This document shows, in pieces, positions 41,044 through 53,842 of a DNA stretch of 64,000 nt. Origin of the DNA: Octopus vulgaris (Eukaryota); the NCBI GenBank assembly GCA_951406725.2, contig OX597837.1, positions 868,001-932,000 of the forward strand, written 5' to 3'. Both the position numbers and the translations under genes were made by a program. The first letter of the stretch is position 1. The number at the start of each line of letters is the position of its first letter. A model generated the notes under the pieces. That model was not told the DNA's origin and did not search any database. It saw only the letters and a program-made list of their open reading frames with translations.

Positions 41044-41305
41044 ACTTGGATTTTCAGAAGCGGTGGAGCGTCGAGCCAAAGGCTCAGACACAGATATGTT
41101 GCTCGTAGCAGGAATGTCTTTGGTCTGCAGTTTGGTGGACCAGTTTTATCCTGGGGTTAAACAATAACAACATCTGTGGTAGTACTTTTAGTGATAAGAA
41201 TAGTTGTAGTCGCGATGATGATGATAATTTCTTAGTTTTAAGAATTTCACCAGAAAGCAAAGGAGTAAGAAATAGACGAAGAGTAAAAAGGACGACTGAA
41301 GTATC

Positions 41306-41362
<57 letters not shown>

Positions 41363-41740
41363 GCAAGAGACTGGAATGCCAAAATTGTGACAAAGATTTG
41401 TCTTCTACCATATCTCTTGAGACAGAATTTTGCGGAAAATGGAGAAAAATATCCTTGGAACGTCAAGTTAACGCGACTAATTAGTGCTCGTTAATATTGT
41501 TGTTGTAGCTGTTGTTGTTTGTTGTTGTTGTTGTGGCAGCTGTTGTTTTTGTTAATTTTCTGTTGTTTGTGATATTCTCCCTTCGTTGTCATTTTCCTTG
41601 CTTTGTTTTCTATCGCCATCGTTGTTGTTTTCAGGTCTTGCTGCTGCAACATTTGTAAATAGGTTTAGGAGAGATGTGTTAGGTGGAGTGGCATGATTAT
41701 GCATGGGTGTATAGTATGTAAATAGATCATGCGCGTGCGC

Positions 41741-41791
<51 letters not shown>

Positions 41792-41946
41792 GAATATATA
41801 GATGATTTAATGCATCGATGTTTTGTGCGTGTATCTAGGCATGTTTGCACGTAGGTCGTGTATATGTATATATGATATGCTTCTGGTGATGGTTCTTTGT
41901 TCATTCGTAGAACCTCTCCTACCTTAGTATTTACTGTTTTACTAAA

Positions 41947-41986
<40 letters not shown>

Positions 41987-42349
41987 AGAGTTTACGAAAA
42001 TAAACAAAAGACGAAGACAGGTGGTGTACAAAACAAACAGATGTATTAGTATAGCGCTCAGGAATAGAAAAAGTCTTTTACGTTTCTTCTACAGAAAGTT
42101 ACACAGAAAAAAAAGGATAAAAACAAGGAGAGAAAAATGTGTGTAATGGCTAACGATCTATCATGACGTCTGACTCGGACAATATATATATATATATTGA
42201 GAGAGAGAGAGACTTATGGTATAGTCTGTTCAGAACGTAGTACAGTATAAAGCTCGTCCGTCTTCAGATTAACCCTGTGTTATCCAGTTGTAGTATTAGA
42301 CGTACTCCCAGGTTTGCGATTGGGCATCTGTCGTGTATGAATACATAAT

Positions 42350-42659
42350 TGAAAAAATTTGGAATCAACAGAGAGTACAGTTGGACATTTATTTTCAATC
42401 ACTACAATTGTTTCTGCACAACGAAGGTCTCCAGGCGTGCAGCTACTTGATTAAGCAACCGTTTCCCTGCATTCTGAGATCTAGTTGTGTTTCCTCGGGC
42501 GATATGTAAATATTGTCTCCGTAAGTTCAAAATCTCGGTTTCAAGAATATCTTCTCTGTCGTGGCCGCAATTCAGTAGTAACCACTGCGTAGAAACAATT
42601 ATAGTGAATGAAAAATAAATGTCCAACCGCACTCCTTGTTGATTCCATTTTTTTTTTCA
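42350..42659. mobile_element. Fold-back element with hammerhead 3' halves in both arms (Penelope-like)
   Basis: ~70-bp imperfect arms at 42350-42420 / 42586-42659; each reads outward GAAACAATT(G/A)TAGTGA...AATAAA. Confidence 0.65.
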
Positions 42660-42671
42660 TATATATAAGTA

Positions 42672-43368
42672 CACAGAGTGTTTGGGCTAAATTTGAAGTT
42701 CTTCGAACACCACCTCCATATTGACTACCAACTGGGCTTTGGTGTTGCAAGTAGAGCGGTTCATGTCTCATCTGTGCCCCACACTTAGTAGTCCATGGGA
42801 TTACGATTGGATGATTTAGGAGGCCAGAAACTGGGGTTAGTGAAGTCGTATATATTCTCTGACAACACTTCTGTTTCTGGAGGCGTGATAAGGAGTCAAA
42901 TCCTGCTACCACACATATGATCTTCCAGCACCAACGCTCTCTAGCCAGTGGTTGACCACAGTCTCCAACAGCTTCATATAACCGTCTAAATGGAGCTTAA
43001 TGCTCTGCTTAAAGATGTAGGGTGTGCGGACGCAGTCAGAACGCCTGCTGTGCTCCTTTGCATTGTCCATGGCTCTGCAGTCACTGTTAGAGCTGTTTAT
43101 GTCACTTCTTACAACCTTCAGTTTTCAAGGAGTATTGAACAACAGTCATGTTGTTGGCGTTTCGACACCCGGCGCGAATCATTATGATACAGGTAAGCGG
43201 TATTCCAACATTCAGATGGCTTTCAGTACTCCATGTCAGCTAACTTTTTCTTAACTAAACCGTTAATGTTGATGCTCTCCAATGCTGTTGACTGTTCACT
43301 AATACATCAAATTGTTTCTGAAAAAAGAAGACAAAAATATCGTCTACTTTATCCCGAAGACATATGTA
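42672..43368 (-). pseudogene. Tc1/mariner-superfamily transposase relic (internally deleted element with degenerate TIRs)
   Basis: Minus-strand frames DGYMKLLETVVNHWLESVGAGRSYVW*QDLTPYH and FWPPKSSNRNPMDY*VWG (42777-42991) match the QQDxAPxH and WPPxSPDxNPxDY catalytic motifs. Ends CAGAGTGTTTGGGCTAAA / TTTATCCCGAAGACATATG. Confidence 0.85.
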
Positions 43369-43717
43369 CACACATACATGCATACAAGTATGTACATACA
43401 CACGTACAAATGTGTGTATGTGAGTCTATGGAAAGGTGACTCCTAATGGCTTCTACCGCATTTGGGAGGCAATGTCTATGACAGATGAGGTATCATCAGC
43501 GACTTAGACCTTATTCGTTCTATCAAAGTCTCCACCTCAGAAATGTTGCAATACTTTTGGACTGTCCAGAAGAACAGGTTGCGTAATTCAACTTCAGAGA
43601 ATTTCTTTAATCCTAAAGAAAATGACCCGAGAACCTTCTGTTTTTGCTCTTTTTTCTTTACTAACAGAAAACCCGATTGATTATCGTAGGAGAATGTAGA
43701 GAATGGCTTCTAATCCG

Positions 43718-44068
43718 TTACTTTTTACTTGTTTCGGTCATTGGATTGCGTCCAAGCTGGGGCATTGCCTTGAATCAACCCAAGTACTTATAAGCTTGGC
43801 ACTTATTCTATCTCAGTTATTTTGCTGAACCGCTAAGTTACAGGGACGTAAACACACCAACACCGGTTGTCAAACGGTGCTGGAAGACAAATATAAATAC
43901 ACACACACAACGGGCTCCTTTTCAGTTTCCACCTACCAAATCCACTCACAAGGCTTTAGTCGACCGATTCTATAGAAAGAACTCATTAAAGGTGTCACGC
44001 AGTGGGACTGAACGCTGAACCATATGGTTGGGAAGCAAGCTTCTTAGCACACCAGCACGCCTGCGCCT
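43718..44068 (-). mobile_element. SINE family A copy
   Basis: Reverse complement of family A. Confidence 0.88.
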
Positions 44069-46680
44069 ATCCATAATTTCCTTCTCTCTTCGCCTTCCCA
44101 CACACGTCCAAATACTTCTTGACATTGGTTAAACATCCTCGCAAACTCAAATGAGAAATTACAATTTTTCTCACTTGTCAACTTCATAATTTTTCATGTT
44201 TACAAATTTTTAATCTCATTTTTTTTAAAAAATACAATTATGTGGACATATGTAAAAGTACCATCACAGAAAAATCATAAATTATTTCCCTTTACTGATA
44301 TAGCTCTCTAACCGAAAGGAAACAAAACAATATATCACAGGGCTCAAAACAGACCATGCGTTAAATGATGATCCCCCCACTTTTTTTTAAGTTAATTACT
44401 TCAAGATTTTACAAGTTATACGTTATTTATTGCTTAAAACACCTGTCTTTTTTTACGTTTATGTTACTATCCGACAGTTATTATATCTTCATGAAACATA
44501 TTTGGAATAATCTATGGATTTATAAAAATTAATATCTTTTGTTTCGTTTTCTAATTTGTGTTCTTGTACTTTTGTGAGATAATGTTTAATGCAACTTTTG
44601 TTCAATTGTATTTTGTGAATGTTTTTATGGATGTCTGGAATGTAGACGTTAGGACTTGGTTGAGCTTTTCCAATATATTTCCCCTAAATGCAGGTAGTTT
44701 AAGGGATGTGGTGAAGAATGTAGCACTGGAATGAATTAGGGTCGTTGTAAAAAGGTTGGCAAAAAGTCTCTCTCTCTCTGTCTATGTATCTCTTAGTCTG
44801 ACTCGTTCAATGTAACCATGTTTCTTTGTCTCTTTTCTCACTATACCCCTCTCACACTCTCCATCCTTTCTGCTCACTTCTTTAAAATTCTTACCTGTCT
44901 TCAACCAATCACATTCTTACCCCCCCTCTCTCCCTCTATATAATTGTCTCTCCCTCCTCTCTCTACCCAATCACAACCACCGACCCTCCATTCCAAAATC
45001 CCCTTTCCCCTACTCCAGAATCAGTTCCTCCTTCCCTCACCTCCCCACTTCAGAGGCATCGCCTCCCTAAATTCTTTTGTTCCATCCGAATTTCTCGTTT
45101 TGTTTATTTTAAAGTTTTTTTCTTAAATTTTTGTTTTAACACATCAAACGCCAAGCAAAAACAATAGGAGGAGGGGAGAAGGAGAAGAAAGAGGAGCAGT
45201 GGTAGTAGTGGTGGTGGTGGTGGTGTATGTAGTTGGATTGTGGTCATGGGGGTGGCGGCCGCAGTGGTGGTGATACTTTTAGTAAAAGAAGTGGTAGTAG
45301 TAATGGTGGTGGTAGGGTTAACAGTAGTAGTGGCGGCGGCGGCGGCGGATGCCTTATACTTTGTAATTTCTTAATTAAGCCAACGAAACCCTACAAGCCC
45401 GGCCAACCTAGCCCTCCCCGCTTCCACCCCTCTCACCACCCCACCACTAAACTTTTATTAATGAAGATGTTGGATGGGCAAACCCTTTAATAGAGATTAG
45501 AAAAATTGTACGGTAATTCTTTTGTCATTTATCTTATTGTTTTGATTATTCATTAATCATTAATCTTCACATTTTCGACTTGGCTTCCTCTTCTGGAAGG
45601 GAGAGAAGGAGAGAGATGAATGGAGAAATAGGGCGGGGTAGGTAAGCTGAAGCACCACAACCTCCTCTGGGGGAGGCACATGTACATTGTCAACCGATTC
45701 GCTAGTAATAACAGCTAAATATTCCATAAAGATGGTGTTTTCGTGTAGCTAGGACAACATAACTTAATGTATCTTCTTAGGTTTTTCCATGCCTGAAGAA
45801 ACGGAAAAACCACGAGATGGGCACGGTTGGCTGGAACAACGGTGATCTATATGCATATTTCTTGATTAGTATCGTGTGATTTTTCAACTACTGTTCTAGT
45901 TTCACTTTGTCTGCGTAATCGACAGAACGGTCACGACTGGAATATGTTAACCAATATTTTTTTGTCGATCAGCAACCAACAAGAATGGATGGCTGTGTGC
46001 GTAGGAATTGGTCAGCTGTGTCTACAAGAGTGTGGCCTGTGACAAGGTACTGGTCATGAGTCTGCAGGATCAAAGACCAGCGATTCTTGAATGGCTTTGA
46101 AACAAATTTGCTTTTCAAAATGCTGACAAGTTCCGACTGGCCTTTCATCTAAATCAGATCCAAAGACGTCAAGCTGGCATAATCTTTAACGTTTCCGACA
46201 AACTACTTAGCGTCGTTCCTTTCGGGCCTTTACGTAATGAGTTGAAAATCCCGTCGAGGTTAACTCTTTCTTTCATCCTTAAGGGGTCGATGAATTAATC
46301 AAGTAGTGAGGTCCATGTAATCGACTTCTCCCCTTCCTTCAAAACTGCTGACCTTAAACCTTGTAAAGGACCGATGTCCCGTTCGGAGGGATTATTGCGA
46401 TCTCAGTCACCTGCTTATACGTTACGGAAATCGTGTTTCCAGTCTGATGAGTCCTAGAGCTCGAGAAGGAACGCACGCCACACTTCAGCACAACTGTTAA
46501 TTCAGACATTAAATTCCCCCAAAACAAACATGTAGTTGATAGATCAAACTGTGAATCATATTAGTTGGTAACCAAAGTTCTTAATCTTAACCTCACCATT
46601 CCTGCTGACGGAGAAGGCCGGACAGAATTTTTATCGAACCTAATCTGTGAAGGGGTCTCTCTGTCTCGAACACGATATAT

Positions 46681-47030
46681 GCCTTCCATCTTTTCGGGCT
46701 TGATAAATTAAGTACCAGTGAAACACTGGGGTCGATGTAATCGACTATCCCCCTCCACCAAATTTCAGGCCTTGTGCCTATGGTAGAAGAGATTATTATT
46801 ATTATTATTATTATTATCCTGTCTACTATGGGCACAAGGCCACCGATTTGGGGGTGGGGATGAGTTTATTACATCGATCCCAGTGTTCAACTAGTACTTA
46901 TTTTATCGACCCCGAAAGGATGAAAGGTAAAGTCTCGACCTCGGCGGAATTTGAACTCAGAACGTAGCGGCAGACGAAGTACTGCTAAGCATTTCGTCCA
47001 GTGTGCTAACGATTCTGCCAGTTCGCCGCC
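46681..47030. mobile_element. Tail-to-tail inverted pair of family-B SINEs
   Basis: Plus copy ~46681-46790, then (ATT)n, then minus copy ~46815-47030. Confidence 0.88.
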
Positions 47031-47235
47031 TTAATAATAATAATGATAATAACAATGGTAATAACAACAATGATAATAATAATGTTAATAATAATGATAA
47101 CCTGAAGGGTAAGGGTTCATTTGCACCAATTCCATAAAACAATCATCCTAAAGTTTGGCATTTTAACCCTGTGATGACAACAGTTACAAGAATAGGAACA
47201 ACAAAAACGACAATGACGACAGAAATGACAAGAGC

Positions 47236-47270
<35 letters not shown>

Positions 47271-47519
47271 CTATAATTGCAACAAAAGCTACAACATTGG
47301 CGCTATTATTTGTTCTCACCTTCTGGTGTCAAGCGCTCCCAGCTAAGAAAGAAGCGGCACTTGATTAGCTGTGCCAATTTTAGAGCCTGGAGTCTCTCAT
47401 TCTGGCACCTTAAGTTAGCGGAGCGGCAACTGCAACAGCGAAAGCAGCAATAACAAGACTAACAACAAAAACGATAAATAAGAACAATGAAGTTGAGAGA
47501 CAAAGCTGGCGGTGGTGGT

Positions 47520-48180
47520 GGGAGGTAGACAGAGAGAGAACGAGAGAGAGAGTTAGTTGATGGAGACAGAAAGAGTGGAGTGAGAGAGAGAGAAAGAAAG
47601 AGAGAGAGAGAGAGAGAGAGTTAGTTGATGGAGACAGAGAATGAGTGGAGTGAGAGAGAGAAAGAAAGAGAGAGAGAGAGAAACAGGGAAGAGTAAGACA
47701 GGAAGAAATGGTAAAAGGATATTACAAAGTGCTGGACAATACTGGAGGAACCAGGGTGTGTGTGTGTGTATTTGAGGGAGAGAGAGGTGAATGCGTATGC
47801 GTGTGTGAGAGAAAACAATACGAGAGTAAGGTTATACACGGGAACAAGTTCGGAACAAGGTGAGAAATGGAGACACGGTGAGAGGGGAGAGAGAGGAAAA
47901 TGGTAGAGACAGTGAAGAGCAAGGCGGTGGGGGAAGCGGGGGAATGTAGAGAACGAAAATGAAAAGCAAAGGGAGAGGAAATTTAAGGCTGACAGTGTGA
48001 GGAGCGAAAGAAGAAAAAACAAAGTGAAATGACAAAGAGCCAATGGCAGGGAGGAGGTGGAGAGCAAGAAGAGATGGAGATCATGTTGAAGAGGAGAGAG
48101 AGAGAGAGACTAAAAAGTATAAGGGGAGAAGGTAAAGAGAAGAGAGAGTAGGGAGGGAGAAAGAGAGGAAGGTAAGAGTT
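47520..48180 (+). repeat. Polypurine (GA-rich) low-complexity tract with a ~70-bp tandem duplication
   Basis: GAGAGAGTTAGTTGATGGAGACAGA...GAGTGGAGTGAGAGAGAG occurs at ~47547 and ~47615. Confidence 0.85.
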
Positions 48181-48418
48181 AAAAATAGAAAAATTTAATT
48201 TTCTTTGTTTCTTTTTAAATAATTATCTCTTTTATTGTAAATTATAATTATTATTATTGTTGTGTGTTTGTATGTGTTTGCCTTTCATGTGTGTGTTTAC
48301 ACACACTCGTGTAAAGGTGTCTTTGTGTATGTTTGTACGTATTGCCATGTTTATATATGTATATATGTATGTATGCATGTATGTATGTACGAGTGCATTC
48401 ATATACATATACATATAC

Positions 48419-48449
<31 letters not shown>

Positions 48450-49957
48450 CGTTTATATAAAAGACGATAAATTGGTATTGACCTATTTTTTCGTTTTGTT
48501 GAAACTCAACGCAAAGTGATTTATTTAAAAGAAAAATATGGTTAGTCAGTCGGCTGGTTTGTCGGCTGGCTATGTCGGTGGCTGGCCGGTTAGTTGGTAG
48601 GTCACTGGATATTATAAGTACTATGTGTGTGCGTCTGTAAGACTGTGTTGTATTCTCTATATGTATGTGTGTCTGTCTGTATGTCTGCTTATGTGTTGTG
48701 TGTATATTTTAATTTTTTTTCTTTGTTTTATTCAAAATGTAATATCGATACTTCATTAAAACTTAAAGAAACAAGTACTCTTCTCTATAGAAATGCATGA
48801 ACGTCGCTAATTCCCAAGTGTTGTGCTGTCAGAACTGTTATGAATTTAGGACAAGAGAAGGAGGAGGGAAAGTAAGCGTGGAGGGGGGAGAGAAAAAAGT
48901 GAGTGATGGGTGGGTGGGGAGATGAAGTCCCTTAATTGCTGTCTTCTTTAAAAGTGTTTTCACAAAGAATTTCAATTCCAAAACCATTTTCTTTTGTCTC
49001 TTATAATTGGACAAATTCAGAATAAATTAATGTTTGTTGTTATTTTTGTTAATGTTGTTTAGCCCCAGGTCAGTCCTAATGATGCAGACTTATGATCAAA
49101 AGCGATCAATCTGTAACGTCTCGTCTTTTGTTTTCAGACATTGTCTTTGAGATAAAGTTATTGGGTGTGTCCTTCCTTTGTAAAGGACGAGAATGTGATT
49201 AGACGGAACTTTTGCTGTTATTTCTAGCAGGTTGAATTGATAGTTGTTAGCGCATCGAATTGATTGCCTTGTGGTTAATGCTCCGGCTGCCTCTGCTCTA
49301 TGTTCAAATCCTACCTTGATCCCACTTCAAGGTTCAGCATTTCCAGGGCGATAAATAAGGTAGAAGTCTAGAATGGTAAGTCGATGGCAATGTTAGGGCG
49401 TTGTTTCTGATTCTGCGAATTCCTCCCCATACCACTAAAATTCTTGTGGTGAGAAAACGGGGGTATTCTGGACAGAGTTAATGGGGGAAATATCTGCATC
49501 GTATCAATATCTAGAAATATGCAAACCCGGCGAGAAACTGGTTAAAAGCGAAGGCAGGTAAAAAAAAAAAAAAAGGTAAAATATTGACTAGCAAACTTAA
49601 ATTTTAAAACGGGTTCAATATATTTAGAATGGTAAAATCGAAACAATGTTATATTTAAACAATATATTAGGCATTGTTACCTGTTTTTCTGTAAAATATT
49701 TATACTCAATAATCTAATCATGTTGGTTCCATTCTGAAACGTAACTCCAATTTAGTTAATGATAATAATAATCCTTTCTGACATAGGCCTTGTGTGGGGA
49801 CTGGGATTGTGGAGTACATCAACCGTAGAGCTTTACAACTACTTATTTCGCCGACCCCGAAATTATGAAAGGCAGAGTCGACTTCGAATATCTGAATAAA
49901 CTCGATTGCTCTCACAAACGAGAATACCAAAGATGAACCCGACCCTTCTCAAAGACT

Positions 49958-50163
49958 AAGTAAAAATATATAAAAATATATATAAATCCTTGTCCGGTAC
50001 CGGAGCGATCCCAAAATCTAATGGGTTTGTGCCAGTCACGAGGCTAAATATCCCTGAATGTTTCACTTGAATCCATCCACTGGTTCTTGAGATATCTTGT
50101 CCACAGACAAACAAACGTGACCGAAAACAATATCTCCGCCTTAGCGAAGGCGGAGGTAATAAT
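49958..50163 (-). mobile_element. Helentron/HINE (DINE-1-like) element end, truncated
   Basis: Minus strand starts TTATTACCTCCGCCTTCGCTAAGGCGGAGAT (hairpin 50132-50157), then TTGTTTTCGGTCACGTTTGTTTGTCTGT...GATATCTCAAGAACC...GGATTCAAGTGAAAC, the usual HINE layout. Confidence 0.65.
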
Positions 50164-51113
50164 AAAGTAGCTAGCTGAGTATCAGACAAATTCAAAGAAA
50201 TATTAATACGAATATTATACTAAAATATACTAACGACTGGTTATCTACATAGAGATAAAGAGGCCCTCCACAAAACCTAATTTATCCTTCGGCAAAGAGG
50301 AAAGTGTTTTGTCAATGATATCAGTCAATTTAAAGATTTTGTCAGAAGTGCAAAGACAGGGGCCTTCACTTCTTTCCCCCAGGCATACAACGAATGCATG
50401 GCACAGAGTGGATCAGGGTGAATTTACCACCGAGAAACAGGAACAGTCCTTTCGGTGAAATTCCACATTCTTTTCGTTTACCAAATTTCTTCAACATTTT
50501 TCTGCATCACTCAAGGCTATGGGTCAAGTTACTTGTCCTTACTGAATTCGAACCTGAAATAATGCAATCGCGGAGAGATTTCTTTAATCCCACCCCACGA
50601 CCCTGAATGACACCAGGAACAATCCTGACTGCACCAAATAATTCACGAGTAGATCGAACATACGACCATGTCGTTAGTGGTTATAACACCGCAAATTTAT
50701 TTCACAGAAAACCTCAAAATATTTGGTTCTGTACAAATAATTTGAGCAAGGAAGGAGAAACGTCTTCCATACAAAGACAACGTTGTGTAGCGACACCTCG
50801 TGACATATTAGCTATTTTTACAACTTAACGAGTCATAAATCAACCAGCTGCAATGATGTATGTATATAAACGTACATACACACTCTAAAGTAAACCTCTC
50901 TCTCTCTCTCTCCAGACCCCCACCCAAACGAAATTGACACGAAATAAACTAAAAGGCGGGTTCTGCGACTGAATTAAATATATTTACGTATTAAGTAGGA
51001 AGATCAATAAAAATACCTAACAATACCCGGTTAAACCTTAGATTAGTTAGCAAAAGGAATCCAGTTCGAAATGGCGACCTATTTTTATCTATTTTTCATT
51101 TTACTTTAGATAC

Positions 51114-51185
<72 letters not shown>

Positions 51186-51648
51186 TTGCTGCTGATGCTG
51201 CTAATATTACTAAGGAAAAGAGAAGGGTTTTAAGACGTCGAATAGTTGTAAGAAAGAAATAGCGTCAGGGATGGGGAAGTGTTCGGGTAAATATTTGAAC
51301 AACTTCGTAGCTTCAGAAAGGAAAAAGAAAAAACACAAGATCGAGAGAAAGCAGGAAAAACAGAACATAAAAAAATATGAATGAAAAATATATAAATAAA
51401 AAGGGCAGGTGCGAAACCTTCAAGAACGTTGAAACTTTTTTTCTTTCGTATTTTATTCTGAATCATGGACCTTAATACATTTTATTGCAAGAAATAGGAG
51501 GATTTAAAGGCTCAGTGGCCCTGTTTACTGATAACTATCAGATCGTGATGAAATCAATAGTTTCTCGGATGGCATGGTATGAAGAATAGATCGGCGTCTT
51601 TACATAGGAGTGGGGAGGGATTTAACATACGGGCGAGGAAATACCCTC

Positions 51649-51726
<78 letters not shown>

Positions 51727-52067
51727 GTCTATCTATTAATTTATCTAGCCATTCATTCATTCATTCATCTGTCTGTCCGTCTTTGTCTGTCGTGGTTCTC
51801 CGTTATTCGACGATGAGAATTTAGTTGTTCTATCAATTCAGAGGTCTGCTCTTGAATTAACCTGAAAATGGCTGCATATTCCACAGACTCAAGTCTCAGG
51901 TATACTCCATAATCCTCGCGACAGAATTTTATTCAGTATCCATCTGTACCCATCTTTTTCTCACAAGGTGTGGAGTGGTCCGAGATTATAGAAAATATTT
52001 GCCCATGATGTCACTCGGTGGGATCAAACCCGGGCCCTCGTGGTTGGGAAGCAATATTCGACTATAC

Positions 52068-52116
<49 letters not shown>

Positions 52117-52748
52117 CAATTTCGTGGAAAAGTATACGAATCTGGAAATAGTGAAATAATTTATAATCTTTTTTTATATAAATTTTCTTCCTATTCAGAT
52201 AATCTTAATTTGTTTAGTCATAGTGTCTCTGTTTCACACTTTTTCTACCTCTGATAAAGCGACTGCCTGCCTGTCTGTCTGCTTAGAGTTTTACAAGGCT
52301 GTGTTTGCATAAGCCGACTCCTTAGTTCTGAATTCTGGCCTTGTTTCTTGCTCCTGAAATAGCCAGATCGCAATGTTTCTGAATTTAAGAGATCATCTCA
52401 GTGTATGTATGTGTTGTGTGTGTGTGTATGTGTGCGCGCGCGTGTGTGTGTATGAGTGAAATCTCCAACATACTTGCGTGTGCATGCAGACACATACATA
52501 GATTCACAGGCTCTACATATATACATGCGCATACAATAATGTAGCTACACACGTTTTGTTGGCGATTTCTTTTCCTTCTTTGGACTTTTCCCTTTCTCAT
52601 TTCCAACGGACAGCTATGCTCGAAACGTCAAAACTTTCATTTCATCGAGAGTCAAACTGTCAAACTAATACATTTCTTGCTTGTGCACGTCCCCTTTTTT
52701 TGTCCATTTTGTTAATTTTATTGTTCATTTATTTCAATATATATATAT

Positions 52749-52997
52749 GTCCCTACTTTCGAAACGCGGAGTAGATAAAACAGGGGACAACTGATGAAGG
52801 GAATTTATGTTTCCTGTTTGTTCCTCTATTTGTTTCTTTCGTTGTTCTAAAAAAGTTCATTTTCTACGCTTTTGTTTTTTTATATTCTCCTTTCTCATTT
52901 TGTTCACGTGTTTTTTCTTTTTGACGACTGTACCCATATATGCATGTATATATACATATATATGTAGGCATGTACCTGAATGTGTGCATATATGCAT
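52749..52997 (+). mobile_element. Single-orientation copy of the 29598-30017 element, in (TA)n
   Basis: Shares CGAAACGCGGAGTAGAT.AAACAG...CTGA.GAAGGG.AAT and CTGTACCCATATATGCATGTATATATACAT. Confidence 0.75.
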
Positions 52998-53070
52998 ATA
53001 TATATATATATATATAGTAAGAAAAGAGAGGAAGATAATTTTGATTATCCCTACGTCGTGCGTTGTAATG

Positions 53071-53115
<45 letters not shown>

Positions 53116-53182
53116 ATAAAAGAAGGAAAGTGCACACAGTTTACACAGTTTTAATATATTTTAAGTGAAAGAGTGTGGTGAT

Positions 53183-53215
53183 TGTCGACCGGTTTCGCTT
53201 TCGCTAATCATGTTC

Positions 53216-53216
<1 letters not shown>
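53183..53216 (-). ncRNA. Degenerate minimal hammerhead motif (Penelope-like 3' end)
   Basis: Minus strand ATGATTA-GC-GAAA-GC-GAAA-CCGG-TC-GACA, followed by ATTAAA; the fragment is flanked by (TA)n. Confidence 0.5.
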
Positions 53217-53258
<42 letters not shown>

Positions 53259-53518
53259 ATGCTTTGAGGTTAGATGCTCAGGAGTCCCGGGTTTACCTGG
53301 AATGGGAAGCTTTTAGCTATTTAAAAGAACCAGACTTTAGGCCACCGCAGAAGTCCTTGCTGGTGTTTGTGATTTTCAACCGAGTAGCTTGAAGCAACGC
53401 TGAATGAAACTTCCTGCCTAAGGATACAACACGCTGCTTTATCCACGAAACACGAATCGGGCCTTTTACTGAATGACTGTAAGCCTAACCTCATTCCTGG
53501 CCGCTCGCCTTACGCACA

Positions 53519-53560
<42 letters not shown>

Positions 53561-53804
53561 CATACATTGAGTAAAAGAAGGGTGATATTGATAGAATGAC
53601 ACATAAATGTATATACACATATATAAGGGTAGAAGTAAATGTTGCTGTGTGTGTGTAATGCTAATCCCTGCATAGAAAATCCATTTCTCATACATACGTA
53701 TCAGATTAATGATCCGTGACGGAGCACCTGGTCGTGTTGGTCCTATTATTGATGTCATATTTTAATATCGCTCTCTACTGCACCTCTTCTCACGCGGACA
53801 CTCA

Positions 53805-53842
<38 letters not shown>

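Noticed and set aside
46444-46480. CTGATGAGTCCT...AGGA hammerhead-like start
   Set aside because: The GAAA half and cleavage site are missing, so it cannot be supported.
47171-47368. Short ORF ending in a signal-peptide-like stretch (LALLFVLTFWCQA)
   Set aside because: It is preceded by (ACA)n-derived poly-Thr and stops right afterwards; likely chance.
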